A stretch of 64,000 nt of DNA, taken from assembly GCA_037441675.1 (NCBI GenBank), contig JBBIRS010000002.1, forward strand, positions 199,249 through 263,248, read 5' to 3'. Below the pieces are notes generated by a model that worked only from the letters and a program-made list of their open reading frames with translations, was not told the origin of the DNA and made no database searches. The DNA is from Planctomycetales bacterium. Lineage in GTDB: Bacteria > 4484-113. Below are positions 22,076 to 31,294 of this stretch, one piece after another. Numbering within the stretch: the first letter of the stretch is position 1; each line of letters starts with the position of its first letter. The position numbers and the translations under genes are program-made.

Positions 22076-22267
22076 TTTCACACCTAAAGCCATCCAAGCT
22101 TTACATCCGAGCGAAAAACGCTCCAGGAAAATAGAGCGGAAAGAACAAGGTGTAGCGCAGTCCACGACGTAGAGAACCCAGTGAAAACCTGAAGACCTAG
22201 TAGAACTGTGGCAATTACGAGGAAGAGGCAAAAGCCTGCCAGGCGTTTGCGGGTAAGCCTCAAAGGC

Positions 22268-22717
22268 TCAATAGTCCTCGAAACTTCCTGGTTTTTTAGT
22301 TTCTGCTAAGCGAGGGAAAACTTTTCGGTCTGTACCAGTTCTGCAGAAATCTATGAAAAGCGCACTTTGCCTTTGAATCTGCTCGAACATAATTTCACGC
22401 ATCAGGTCAAAAGCCTTGACCATTTTGGGATTCGCTAGACGGTAATATACTTGGTTTCCCACTTTCCTAGTCTCAAGAATGAGCCGCTCCTTCATAAGAC
22501 TTAGATGTTGGGAGGTACTGCTAATAGAAGCACCAAATCTTTCAGCAATGTCCAAAACGCTCAATTCGTTCTCCAGGAGTGCGTTGAGAATCGCCAGCCT
22601 CGTTGGATGGGAAAAAACTTTGCACATATCCGCATGAAGCTTGTAGAGCTCCTCCTCAGCGTTCAAGGACGAATGCATCTTTCTCCTCGCAGTTTTATTC
22701 TTCGCAATCATGGCCAT
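22268..22717 (-). CDS. ArsR/SmtB family transcriptional regulator
   Basis: CKVFSHPTRLAIL, ELSV, SQHL..MK and RKVGNQVYY winged-helix motifs. Confidence 0.92.
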   Translation of the reverse strand: MAMIAKNKTARRKMHSSLNAEEELYKLHADMCKVFSHPTRLAILNALLENELSVLDIAERFGASISSTSQHLSLMKERLILETRKVGNQVYYRLANPKMVKAFDLMREIMFEQIQRQSALFIDFCRTGTDRKVFPRLAETKKPGSFEDY

Positions 22718-22748
22718 AATGGTTAATATATCTCCTTAAGTAATCAAT

Positions 22749-22770
22749 TATTTCATAATATTCTAAAATA
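22749..22770. promoter_or_regulatory. Candidate ArsR-type operator
   Basis: Imperfect palindrome TATTTCATAAT-ATTCTAAAATA (9 of 11 pairs) 30-50 nt upstream of the arsR-family start. Confidence 0.4.
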
Positions 22771-22872
22771 TTAAATATTGATCAGAACGTGTGATTGCAA
22801 TAGATATTATTCGCGAGAAAGCATCTGTAAGCTTACTAGTGAATGGGTGGAACAGTGGGAAACGTTATTTTA

Positions 22873-23610
22873 TCAATGGGGAATGAAAGGCCAGGCAAGC
22901 CCCATTATCACGAGTAGTGTCCCGCCTATAAGAGCTTCGTAATTCTCAAGAAAACCCATTTGAAGTTTTTGAAGTCCTCGCAAAAGGGCGTAAACAAATA
23001 GAAGCATAAGTCCGACTGTCCCCATATAGTAGATTAGCGACACCAAAAAAACACCGAACCAACCCATCCTCACTGCGATAAGGTAATAAGCCTCAAGTTC
23101 CAGGCAGGGCGAAAAGAACATCATAATAAATAGTGCTCCAATTGTTACAATGCCTCTTTTGCTGGACAATGTCATAGCTTCACTGTGACCCTGAGAAAGT
23201 TCAGTTCCTTCTATCCCTTCAATTAAGTTACTATGATTATCGGTGTGAGAAAGCGTCGTTTTATGGAAATTTACGTGTCTAAATAGATGCACGTGGGAGG
23301 TCTTTCTACGAAAATGACGAAAAATCATTACTGCGCCAAGAAGAACTAGAATTGAGCCAGCAATAATTGTATATTGACGTTCTAACGTTTTCACGAAAGC
23401 AATCCCCACCATTCCGACAACAATTCCTAGGATAACTGTGCTCGAAAGGTGAGCTGTTCCGCCAATGAAAGTGGCGAAAAGTGTAGTTCGCGCTTGCCAA
23501 CCTTCGTTTCTTCCAACCACAACAAATGGTATCCAGTGGTTCGGAATGAGCGCATGCAAGGCTGAGAGAGCCACCGCACCAGAAATGAGGGCAATTAATT
23601 CAGTATTCAT
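22873..23610 (-). CDS. His-rich nickel/cobalt transporter-like membrane protein (RcnA/NicO-related)
   Basis: LHALIPNHW, His-rich central loop, FSPCLE, six TM helices. Confidence 0.7.
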   Translation of the reverse strand: MNTELIALISGAVALSALHALIPNHWIPFVVVGRNEGWQARTTLFATFIGGTAHLSSTVILGIVVGMVGIAFVKTLERQYTIIAGSILVLLGAVMIFRHFRRKTSHVHLFRHVNFHKTTLSHTDNHSNLIEGIEGTELSQGHSEAMTLSSKRGIVTIGALFIMMFFSPCLELEAYYLIAVRMGWFGVFLVSLIYYMGTVGLMLLFVYALLRGLQKLQMGFLENYEALIGGTLLVIMGLAWPFIPH

Positions 23611-23671
23611 CTGCTTCTAGTAATACCTTACCTACCCAACCCAGCAAGCTTAGTGCATTAATAAACTGAGC

Positions 23672-24681
23672 TTACCTGCCCCGCTGGAATAATTCAATCA
23701 TCTTGTAAGGATAACCCAGATCAAAGGAGCTTACTTCGTCAAGTTTTGCGAGCTCATCCTCATTTAGCGCCCAATTTATTGTCTTTAGGTTGTCTTTCAA
23801 CTGCTCCATTGTTCTTGCCCCGATGATGACCGAAGATACCCAAGCTTTGGAAACTAACCAATTTAGTGCGCACTGGGAAACTGAAACCTTCCTAACTTTT
23901 GCGATATCTTTCAGAGCCTCAATTATAGCGAAAAGCTTTTCTTCTCGCCCCTGAAGGGGTACCACAGTTGGACGTCTATCTGCGTGTCTTCCTTTCTTTG
24001 GCCATTTAATTTGGGTGTATTTCCCGCTAAGAAGCCCACCCGCCAAGAGGGGCTCCACGGCAGTATCCCAAGCCCTTCTGAGATACATAGTGGAACTATC
24101 TCTCGCTCAATGTCCCTGCAGAGAAGGCTGGACTGCATTTGCGCGCTTACAAACTTCTCAAGCCCAAGCTTATCTGAAACTGAGAGTGCCTTCATTGCCT
24201 GCCAACCGGAGAAGTTTGAGAATCCTATGTAGCGAACCTTTCCCCAGCGGACAAGGTCATCTAGCGCGCGCATAGTTTCCTCAAGAGGGGTCTTAGAATC
24301 CCAACCGTGAATGTGGTATAGGTCTATGTAATCCGTGCCAAGGCGCTTCAAGCTTGCGTCGCACGCGCGAAGAATGTGATGCCTTGAGGCGCCAAGGTCA
24401 TTTGGATCAGGACTCACCCGCCCACGAAATTTCGTGGAAAGTATTACACTCTGCCTCTTCCTCCCGAGCGCCTTCCCAAGAATTATCTCCGCCTCACCGT
24501 TTCCATAAACATCCGCGGTATCAAAAAAGTTTATGCCAACATCAAGACACCTTGCCACCATTTCATTCCCAAGTTTCTGACCAACGCTTCCCTCGCCAAA
24601 CCTATCCTGCCCAAAAGTCATATTGCCAAAGCAAAGAACAGAAACTTTAAGCCCTGTTTTGCCTAAAAACCTGTATTCCAT
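23672..24681 (-). pseudogene. Aldo/keto reductase, frameshifted
   Basis: DTADVYG, RLGTDYIDLY and GKVRYIG motifs; PWSPLAGG broken by a frameshift near 24045 between ORFs 23923-24681 and 23672-24088. Confidence 0.88.
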
Positions 24682-24733
24682 TGTATCCTCATAGATATGA
24701 ATTCCGCTCCGAGACGCGGTTGGAAGAGCTAAA

Positions 24734-25345
24734 CTACTCTACCTTGAGGAGAACTTTTTTCTCGTAGTAATTGCCCTCAAGTCACCGGGCTAAGGATTTG
24801 AAAAGAACCTGCAAGCGGATTTCCCTATCCGTGGCGTTTTCTCCCGGCGAAATCGTCTTCGTTATCTGAGCGAGCTTATCACCCGGATAACCCTCAAACT
24901 TCTCGACCAGTCGCTTCCCGCAGAAGGAGCGGTTCACATTCCACCTGCGCGCGAACTTTATGCTTGCCTCTGGCGCGCTTGTAAGCTCTTCCGGGTCAAC
25001 GTAAAGCCAGCCAACCATATCCGGCGGATATTGAACTTCTGGCTTAACACCGAAAACAGCTCTAACTCGCCTTTCAGTGCCCTGCTTTACGGGAATGACG
25101 TAACTTCCGTCACTTAGCCTAAAGGATTCGCCAGTTTTGGCATCAATAATATCAATGATTAGTTTGCCTTCATCCACCCAGGGCCCTGTATTTGTATGGT
25201 AGGAAAGACAACTTTCCTGTCTTCCCTCAAGGCTTGCCGCTGGCCAGGAGCTTGCAGGTTCATTGGTGAAAAGCATCATACCAATGCCTACTAAAACACC
25301 TAACCCCAGGAGTATGAACCGCCTACATTTCACAAATGCTCTCAT
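24734..25345 (-). pseudogene. Exported protein with degenerate heme-c motif and premature stop
   Basis: Signal peptide; CLSYH (likely CxxCH with C>Y); after TGA at 24782-24784 the frame continues LEGNYYEKKVLLKVE to TAG at 24734-24736. Confidence 0.55.
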
Positions 25346-25391
25346 CTTCCATTCCTCCTACTTAATTTGTTAGGATGATAGAAATTATACT

Positions 25392-26681
25392 TTGAATGGG
25401 GGAAAAATCTTTTCTTTGATTACGAGCTCATTCTGGATTATGAATGTAAAATCTGAGCGTATGCTAATTAGCTCAAGTGAACAGCGTCCGACTAAGAGAA
25501 ACTTCCGCTTGCATCCAGTGGTTTACGCAACAGGTTGGGTGAGCTTTTTTACGGACTTGGGAAGTGAGCTGATATATCCGTTAATCCCCCTCTTTCTAAC
25601 AGTTGAGCTCTCCGCATCCCGCGCGCTTCTTGGGCTGATTGAAGGACTTGCGGAAGGGGTTCCTGCGATAACCCGTTGGCTCGCAGGGGGAATCTCTGAT
25701 CGTCTCAAGAACCGTAAGTGGATTATCTTTATAGGTTACACAATTTCAAGCGCAAGCAAACCGCTTATTGGCTTATCCGCAACAGCAAGTCAGGTGCTTA
25801 CGTTCCGCGTGATTGACCGATTAGGAAAAGGTATCCGTGGCGCACCGCGGGATGCTCTAGTGGCAGATTTGAGCAACGCCAATTCGCAGGGCTACGCCTT
25901 CGGCTTTCAACGAGCGATGGACCATGCAGGCGCCATGTTTGGTGGGCTGATTTCGTTTTTCCTTGTCGGCGTCCTCGCATTCTCCCTTCGCCACGCGTTC
26001 CTCATCTCCGTTATTCCAGGAATAATCGTTCTTGCGCTAATACTTTTGTTTATTCGTGACAAATCGATTCGCAAACCTGCGTCAGCGCCAGTGTTGCGCT
26101 CGCTAGATTGGCGCGGTCTTCCTACTGTCTTTTATCTTTATCTTGTTTCCGCAATTATTTTCGCATTTGCCAATTCCAGCGATGCCTTTCTGCTTTTGCG
26201 CTCGTATGAAATCGGAATTTCCGCTGGATTAGTGCCTCTTCTTTGGGTAGTGCTCCACTTCGTTAAAGCGATAACTTCCGTTTGGGGTGGAAGGCTTTCC
26301 GATGCTGTTGGCAGAAAGCCCGTTTTAATTTTTGGCTGGACGCTTTACTCAATTGTCTATCTCGGGTTTGCTTTTGCCAGCGCAAAATGGACTCCATGGG
26401 TTCTCTTTGCCCTATACGGCTACTTCTACGGCGCAACCGAAGGAACAGCCAAGGCACTAGTGGCGGATTTAGTGTGTGAGGATAGGCGAGGTGCCGCGTT
26501 TGGCATACTTGGAACACTGGAAGGAGTTATTTTCATTTTCGCAAGCATCCTCGCAGGGGTGCTGTGGGACATTACGGGAAGCGCCAAACTACCGCTGATA
26601 CTCTCCGCATCTCTTTCTCTCCTTGCCACCCTCTGGCTCACATTATCTCTTAGCCCTAGGGCGAACCCGCGAACGCGATGA
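25392..26681 (+). CDS. MFS transporter
   Basis: GGISDRLKNRK and GGRLSDAVGRK motif A; DRLGKGIRGAPRDAL; 12 TM helices. True start may be later (~25461). Confidence 0.92.
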   Translation: MNGGKIFSLITSSFWIMNVKSERMLISSSEQRPTKRNFRLHPVVYATGWVSFFTDLGSELIYPLIPLFLTVELSASRALLGLIEGLAEGVPAITRWLAGGISDRLKNRKWIIFIGYTISSASKPLIGLSATASQVLTFRVIDRLGKGIRGAPRDALVADLSNANSQGYAFGFQRAMDHAGAMFGGLISFFLVGVLAFSLRHAFLISVIPGIIVLALILLFIRDKSIRKPASAPVLRSLDWRGLPTVFYLYLVSAIIFAFANSSDAFLLLRSYEIGISAGLVPLLWVVLHFVKAITSVWGGRLSDAVGRKPVLIFGWTLYSIVYLGFAFASAKWTPWVLFALYGYFYGATEGTAKALVADLVCEDRRGAAFGILGTLEGVIFIFASILAGVLWDITGSAKLPLILSASLSLLATLWLTLSLSPRANPRTR

Positions 26682-27129
26682 TGACTTCCGTTTGTGAGAT
26701 ACCACCGGAAAGAAACTCTCCCCATACCTCGCCTTTTCCAATTGAATTGCCCACGCGCTGTATTTACTCTGTTTTGGATAAGAAGGGAAAGGTCATAGAC
26801 CTATAGCTGGTACTGACACCACGCTTGTTGCCGCAAAGCTTTTATGGCACGAGTGGTTCGGAATTGACATTAGCCGTGAATATGTAAAATTCGCTGAAGA
26901 AAGAATTAAAAACGCTGAGAGAAAGAGAAAACGCGTAGAGGCTGAAGTATCACTCTACCTCGTTACAAAGACCTTTGCTGAAAGGAAGGCTCGTGGCTAG
27001 TGGGTAGGAAGATACAGAACGCCTAACAATGAGGTAAGGAAAGAGCAGATGGATTTGAGTGAACTGAATGTAAGGCATCTTCCGAAACGAAGCAAGCGCG
27101 ATCAAAAGATCAAAGCGTATGAGCGTTGA
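26681..27129 (+). pseudogene. C-terminal remnant of an N4-C/N6-A (beta-class) DNA methyltransferase
   Basis: Not in ORF track. Manual translation: TSVCEIPPERNSPHTSPFPIELPTRC..VID(frameshift)AGTDTTLVAAKLL...GIDISREYVKFAEERI; TAG at 26998-27000; N-terminal catalytic motif absent. Confidence 0.8.
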
Positions 27130-27154
27130 AACTTCCGCTCTTATCTGTTATAAT
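27126..27154 (+). promoter_or_regulatory. Sigma70-type promoter with extended -10
   Basis: TTGAAA-17 nt-TATAAT, with TG one base before the -10 hexamer. Confidence 0.7.
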
Positions 27155-27160
27155 GGAATT

Positions 27161-27437
27161 AGATGGATTAGGGCGTAGTTACTATAGTTACTTTACTTGA
27201 ACAGCTGAGTGCGTGTTGCCTAAGTTCCTAATGCCAGGAAGGGTGCTGGTAGGATTTTGGCTTGTGTTACCGCCCTGTCCCTAAGCGTTTTTCGCGTAGG
27301 GCAACTAAACGGATCTACTTCTGTCTTGTAGCCCCATACGACGGTTTGGAGTTGCGCCAAACCGCAAGCGGGACCTAAAGTGTGGCTTAAGTGCTCACTT
27401 TTGTTCCTGCCTTAGACAACCAAAAAGGAGGTTGCCG
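27161..27437 (+). ncRNA. Candidate structured 5' leader RNA upstream of the KamA-family gene
   Basis: ORF-free ~277 nt with stems gttgccta/tagggcaac, ttcct/aggaa, cccta/taggg, cggtttgg/ccaaaccg and aaagtg/cacttt before a U-rich run. Not recognised as a known riboswitch class. Confidence 0.4.
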
Positions 27438-28559
27438 ATGGCAAAAGTTAAATATATTACGCGTGTCTCTAAGTTGGAGGAAATCCCTCATAGGGATAAG
27501 GCTTGGATGGAGGAGGTGCATTCGCGCTACAAGTTCCGCGCCAACGACTACTACATGTCTCTCGTTAATTGGGACGACCCAGATGATCCGATAAGGCGCC
27601 TAGTGATTCCCAATAAAGGAGAATTGGAAGAATGGGGCGAGCTGGACGCAAGCGAGGAAAAATCAGTCACCCCAGTTCCCGGGCTTGAGCACAAGTATCG
27701 GGATACTGCACTTCTGCTTGTCAGCGAAGTTTGCGATGCATACTGTAGATTCTGCTTCAGAAAGCGTCTGTTCATAGACGAAAACAATGAAGTCGTACCT
27801 GGAACCGCTCAACAGATTGATTACATCAAGAAGCATAATGAAATCACCAACGTGCTTTTAACAGGTGGAGACCCCTTGATTTTATCCACCCATAAACTTG
27901 AGGTAATCCTATCTCAGCTCAGGCAGATTGACCACGTGCAGATTATTCGCATTGGCACTGAAATGCCTGCGTTTAACTTCTTCCGTATCCTAGATGACCC
28001 AAGCCTACTTGAAATGCTTGGCAGATACTCAACCCCTACAAGGCGAATCTACATTATGGCTCACTACAACCATCCTTGGGAGCTAACTCATGAAAGTATT
28101 TCAGCCATCGATTTACTCTTGAAGGCTGGATGTATTATCTGCAATCAGTCACCAATAATTCGTGGAATTAATGATAACATTGATACTCTCGTTGAACTAA
28201 TGCGCAAACTATCCTTCTATGGAATTCCGCCATATTACTTCTTCCAGTGCAGGCCAACAGCTGGCAATAAAACCTTTGACCTTCCAATTGTTAAAGCTTG
28301 GCATGTCTTTGACCGCGCGAGACGAATGGTTAGGGGGCTTGCATCCCGCGCGCGATTTGTTATGAGTCACTCAAGTGGGAAAATTGAAGTCCTCGCAGTT
28401 GATCAAGAGCATATCTACCTACGCTATCACCGGGCTAGGAATCCTCACGATGAAGGACGCTTTATGATTATGAAAAGAGATGATAACGCTTATTGGTATG
28501 ACGACTTGGTTGAAGTTGGCATTGAACCGAGAATGGATACTATATTTATTGAAACATAA
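27438..28559 (+). CDS. KamA family radical SAM protein (lysine 2,3-aminomutase-like)
   Basis: RBS AAGGAGG then ATG 27438; GLEHKY, CDAYCRFCFRKR, LLTGGDPL, HYNHP, RGIND, PYYFFQCRP and GKI (PLP Lys). Confidence 0.92.
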   Translation: MAKVKYITRVSKLEEIPHRDKAWMEEVHSRYKFRANDYYMSLVNWDDPDDPIRRLVIPNKGELEEWGELDASEEKSVTPVPGLEHKYRDTALLLVSEVCDAYCRFCFRKRLFIDENNEVVPGTAQQIDYIKKHNEITNVLLTGGDPLILSTHKLEVILSQLRQIDHVQIIRIGTEMPAFNFFRILDDPSLLEMLGRYSTPTRRIYIMAHYNHPWELTHESISAIDLLLKAGCIICNQSPIIRGINDNIDTLVELMRKLSFYGIPPYYFFQCRPTAGNKTFDLPIVKAWHVFDRARRMVRGLASRARFVMSHSSGKIEVLAVDQEHIYLRYHRARNPHDEGRFMIMKRDDNAYWYDDLVEVGIEPRMDTIFIET

Positions 28560-28765
28560 CTTTTCTCATCGCTCTTCGTTCAAGGTGTACATTAGCAGAA
28601 AAACCTTTATAAGGGTAAGGCTCTAAACATAAGAAATTGCTTTCTGTGAGAGTGGAGTTAAGCGTTACTTTCCTCTTTCTCATAAATTCGCCAATACCCA
28701 AAAATTACCGCTTGTTTGACGTAAATGCTCGTTTTCTGCCATAATTTCTTAGGTGGTAAGAGCCA

Positions 28766-29902
28766 GTGCTTTTTAGAAAGAGCAAAAGAAGCTCATCGTC
28801 CCTCTCTAGGGTATTGATGGTACGGCTTCCAATTACGCTACTTCTTTTCTTAGCAATTCCGAAAGTATCTACCGCCCGTGAAGAGGCAACTGAGGTAGTC
28901 TCCCGCTTCATCTCAGCAATCCTTGAGGGTAACGAATCAGCGGTAATGGATTTGATTCATTCGGCATTTAACGCCGAAGTTGGCGATAAAAGTGAATTCA
29001 ACTTGTGGCTCAGAAAGTGGTTTGGATGGGACGATGATTACATCTTTGAACCAAGCTCTCTCTCGGTAAAAACCGAAGGCGACACAATAAAGGTGTCAGG
29101 TAGCTTCACTCGGGCGTGGCTTATGGGCATTCACGCGGATGACGTGGATATTTCAGCAGAAACCGAGTTGACCGAAGGTTTGGAGGAAGAAGGGGCATCC
29201 GTTCAGAAGGTAGAGAAAACAGAAACAATAACCTTTACCCTGAAGAAGGAGGATGCGGGAAAGATCAAGATAATTGGTATAGAAGGAATGAGTATGTACG
29301 ACCCGCAAGCGGCGGCGGTCGGCTCCCGTGATCCCCGTGCTAAGAAGATTGGTCAGGCTCTTTCATCTTTAACAAAAATTCCATTGATTGGTGGTATCTT
29401 CAGTCCTAACAAGATGGAGTTTGAGAAAGGCAAAAGGGGATTAATCTTTCTAGTCGTCGTAGTTGGAGGGATGATGACATTGTGGATAGGAGTCGGCGTT
29501 GCCAAGACGCAACTGCAGTTAGCTGTTCTTAATGCCCATTCTTTCCCCGAGGGAGTTAGCTATCACACTCAATTTCAAAACTACATTGAACATCGTGCAC
29601 GGCTCGAATCTGGAAGCACTGAGAAGCGTCACGATTTTTATCTTCGTAGGTTGATTGACGAGGGCAAATTTGATGAAGCCAAGGCTTACACGGAAGGGAT
29701 GGTTGTATTTGCCAAGAGAAAGAGAGACAAGAAGGCAGTTGAAACTTACCAAAGCTACCGCAAACGGGTAGAAACTCTTCATGAAGATTATCTCTCTTCC
29801 AAGAAATCTGATGATGTTGCCCTTATCCATAAGGACAAGACTGACCTCGATGTTCATCACATTCTAGGGGTTACGAAAGAGCATAAGGAAAACGGGGAAT
29901 AA
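28766..29902 (+). CDS. Hypothetical membrane protein (exported NTF2-like domain, TM helix, helical cytoplasmic tail)
   Basis: 378-aa ORF with signal-like N-terminus, TM at LIFLVVVVGGMMTLWIGVGV and charged helical tail. Confidence 0.7.
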   Translation: MLFRKSKRSSSSLSRVLMVRLPITLLLFLAIPKVSTAREEATEVVSRFISAILEGNESAVMDLIHSAFNAEVGDKSEFNLWLRKWFGWDDDYIFEPSSLSVKTEGDTIKVSGSFTRAWLMGIHADDVDISAETELTEGLEEEGASVQKVEKTETITFTLKKEDAGKIKIIGIEGMSMYDPQAAAVGSRDPRAKKIGQALSSLTKIPLIGGIFSPNKMEFEKGKRGLIFLVVVVGGMMTLWIGVGVAKTQLQLAVLNAHSFPEGVSYHTQFQNYIEHRARLESGSTEKRHDFYLRRLIDEGKFDEAKAYTEGMVVFAKRKRDKKAVETYQSYRKRVETLHEDYLSSKKSDDVALIHKDKTDLDVHHILGVTKEHKENGE

Positions 29903-30096
29903 CAAAGATTTTTGTCGAGACTTCTTCCTCAGAAAAGTTTCAAAATGAGAAGCATGAATGTAGCGGTTAAAGGCGGTGCATCTTGCGCAATCTAAAAGTC
30001 TTGGAAAGCTTCTCTACCTTTGGCGAAAAGCGTATTGCGAATAAAAATAAAAATAAATGCGCTACTTGCTTTATCACCCTTCTGCTCCTAACCCAA

Positions 30097-31287
30097 TTAT
30101 CCTATTACCTCTTGAATGATTTGATGGTACTTCTCACCTAACCTTTGCGGATCAAAGAGTTCTAAAACTTTCCTTCTCTGTCTTATAACTTCATCCGTTG
30201 GGGTATTTAACACAACATCTCTGGCTTTATCGAGGGCTTCCAAATATCCCTCAGCGTTACTACTTCTTGCCCTGATTAGAAGTGAAATGTCTTCTAATTC
30301 ATTGGGTATAAGAAGTTCCGCTGGAACTATAACCGCAATGCCGTGAGCTAATAATTCGGGTATCTTAGCTGGCCACATAGTCCGCGTCCATGCTGGATAT
30401 TCATGCACAAGAGAGATATGCCACTTGGAATATTCTTGTAGGAGCCTTTCCCGTTCCATCCAGCCAAAATGAACGCTAAAGTTTGAGGGTGAATTAGCGT
30501 AAAAATTCTCCACTAGTGGGCGCCACGCACCACTGCCTATCAATCTAAACTTGAACAATTTTGGATTAGCTCTTCTCACGACTTCTAGGTAGGTTTTAAA
30601 GTCATATCCTCGCCCCCAGAGACCCGCATAGCCAACAGTTAATTTATCTTCACTTGCGGGAAGCCTTCGGACAAAGCTCTGCAATGGGACATCTACTGGG
30701 TTCATCACTAGCTCAATTGGTTTACCTTGAAGCTCATTTTGGAGGATCTTATAGAGGTTTGGCTGATTCACTACTATCTTACTTGCACCTTGATACATCC
30801 TTCTTGCCCAGCCATCAATGTAGCGATAAAGAATAGAGGGAAGGGGAAGCTCAGCTATACGTAAATTCTCCGGATAAAGGTCTCTTATATCGTAGATGAA
30901 AGGTACGTTGAACTTAAGTGCAAGACTAAAACCAAGGCAGGCGGCAGAGAAAAAAGGACTCGTTCCAATCACCAAGTCGGGATGTTGAAGTGACTTCCAG
31001 AGTTTAATTCCCCTCGTATAAAAACGCACTTCCTCAGTGATCCTCTGGTGAACATTAAATTTTGCATCAGGAACGTGGAAAACTAGAACCTTGGCGCCAT
31101 GACTAAAGTAGGAACCTTGCATTCCGTCAAAATTTTCGAACTTGAAACCCCTTGGGTACCTTGGATTACAGGTTAGAACCTCAACATTAACACCCTTACT
31201 TGAAAGATACTTGGCGAAGACACCCATTCGGGAAGCTGCAGGGCCAATTTCAGGGGGGAAATAACTTGAAATAAACAGAACCTTCAA
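30097..31287 (-). CDS. Glycosyltransferase family 4 (WbuB-like)
   Basis: YFPPEIG, PRYP, IRDLYPE, YAG..G and P.KI.E motifs. Confidence 0.85.
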   Translation of the reverse strand: MKVLFISSYFPPEIGPAASRMGVFAKYLSSKGVNVEVLTCNPRYPRGFKFENFDGMQGSYFSHGAKVLVFHVPDAKFNVHQRITEEVRFYTRGIKLWKSLQHPDLVIGTSPFFSAACLGFSLALKFNVPFIYDIRDLYPENLRIAELPLPSILYRYIDGWARRMYQGASKIVVNQPNLYKILQNELQGKPIELVMNPVDVPLQSFVRRLPASEDKLTVGYAGLWGRGYDFKTYLEVVRRANPKLFKFRLIGSGAWRPLVENFYANSPSNFSVHFGWMERERLLQEYSKWHISLVHEYPAWTRTMWPAKIPELLAHGIAVIVPAELLIPNELEDISLLIRARSSNAEGYLEALDKARDVVLNTPTDEVIRQRRKVLELFDPQRLGEKYHQIIQEVIG

Positions 31288-31294
31288 GATGACA

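Noticed and set aside
24782..24784. Selenocysteine at in-frame TGA (also ~60299)
   Set aside because: Neither is in a redox-motif context and both genes show other damage. The Mo-enzyme uses an ordinary Cys.
29350..29405. LSSLTKIPLIGGIFS as a secretin C-terminal motif
   Set aside because: Short amphipathic-helix resemblance only; the rest of the protein has a TM helix and no secretin barrel.
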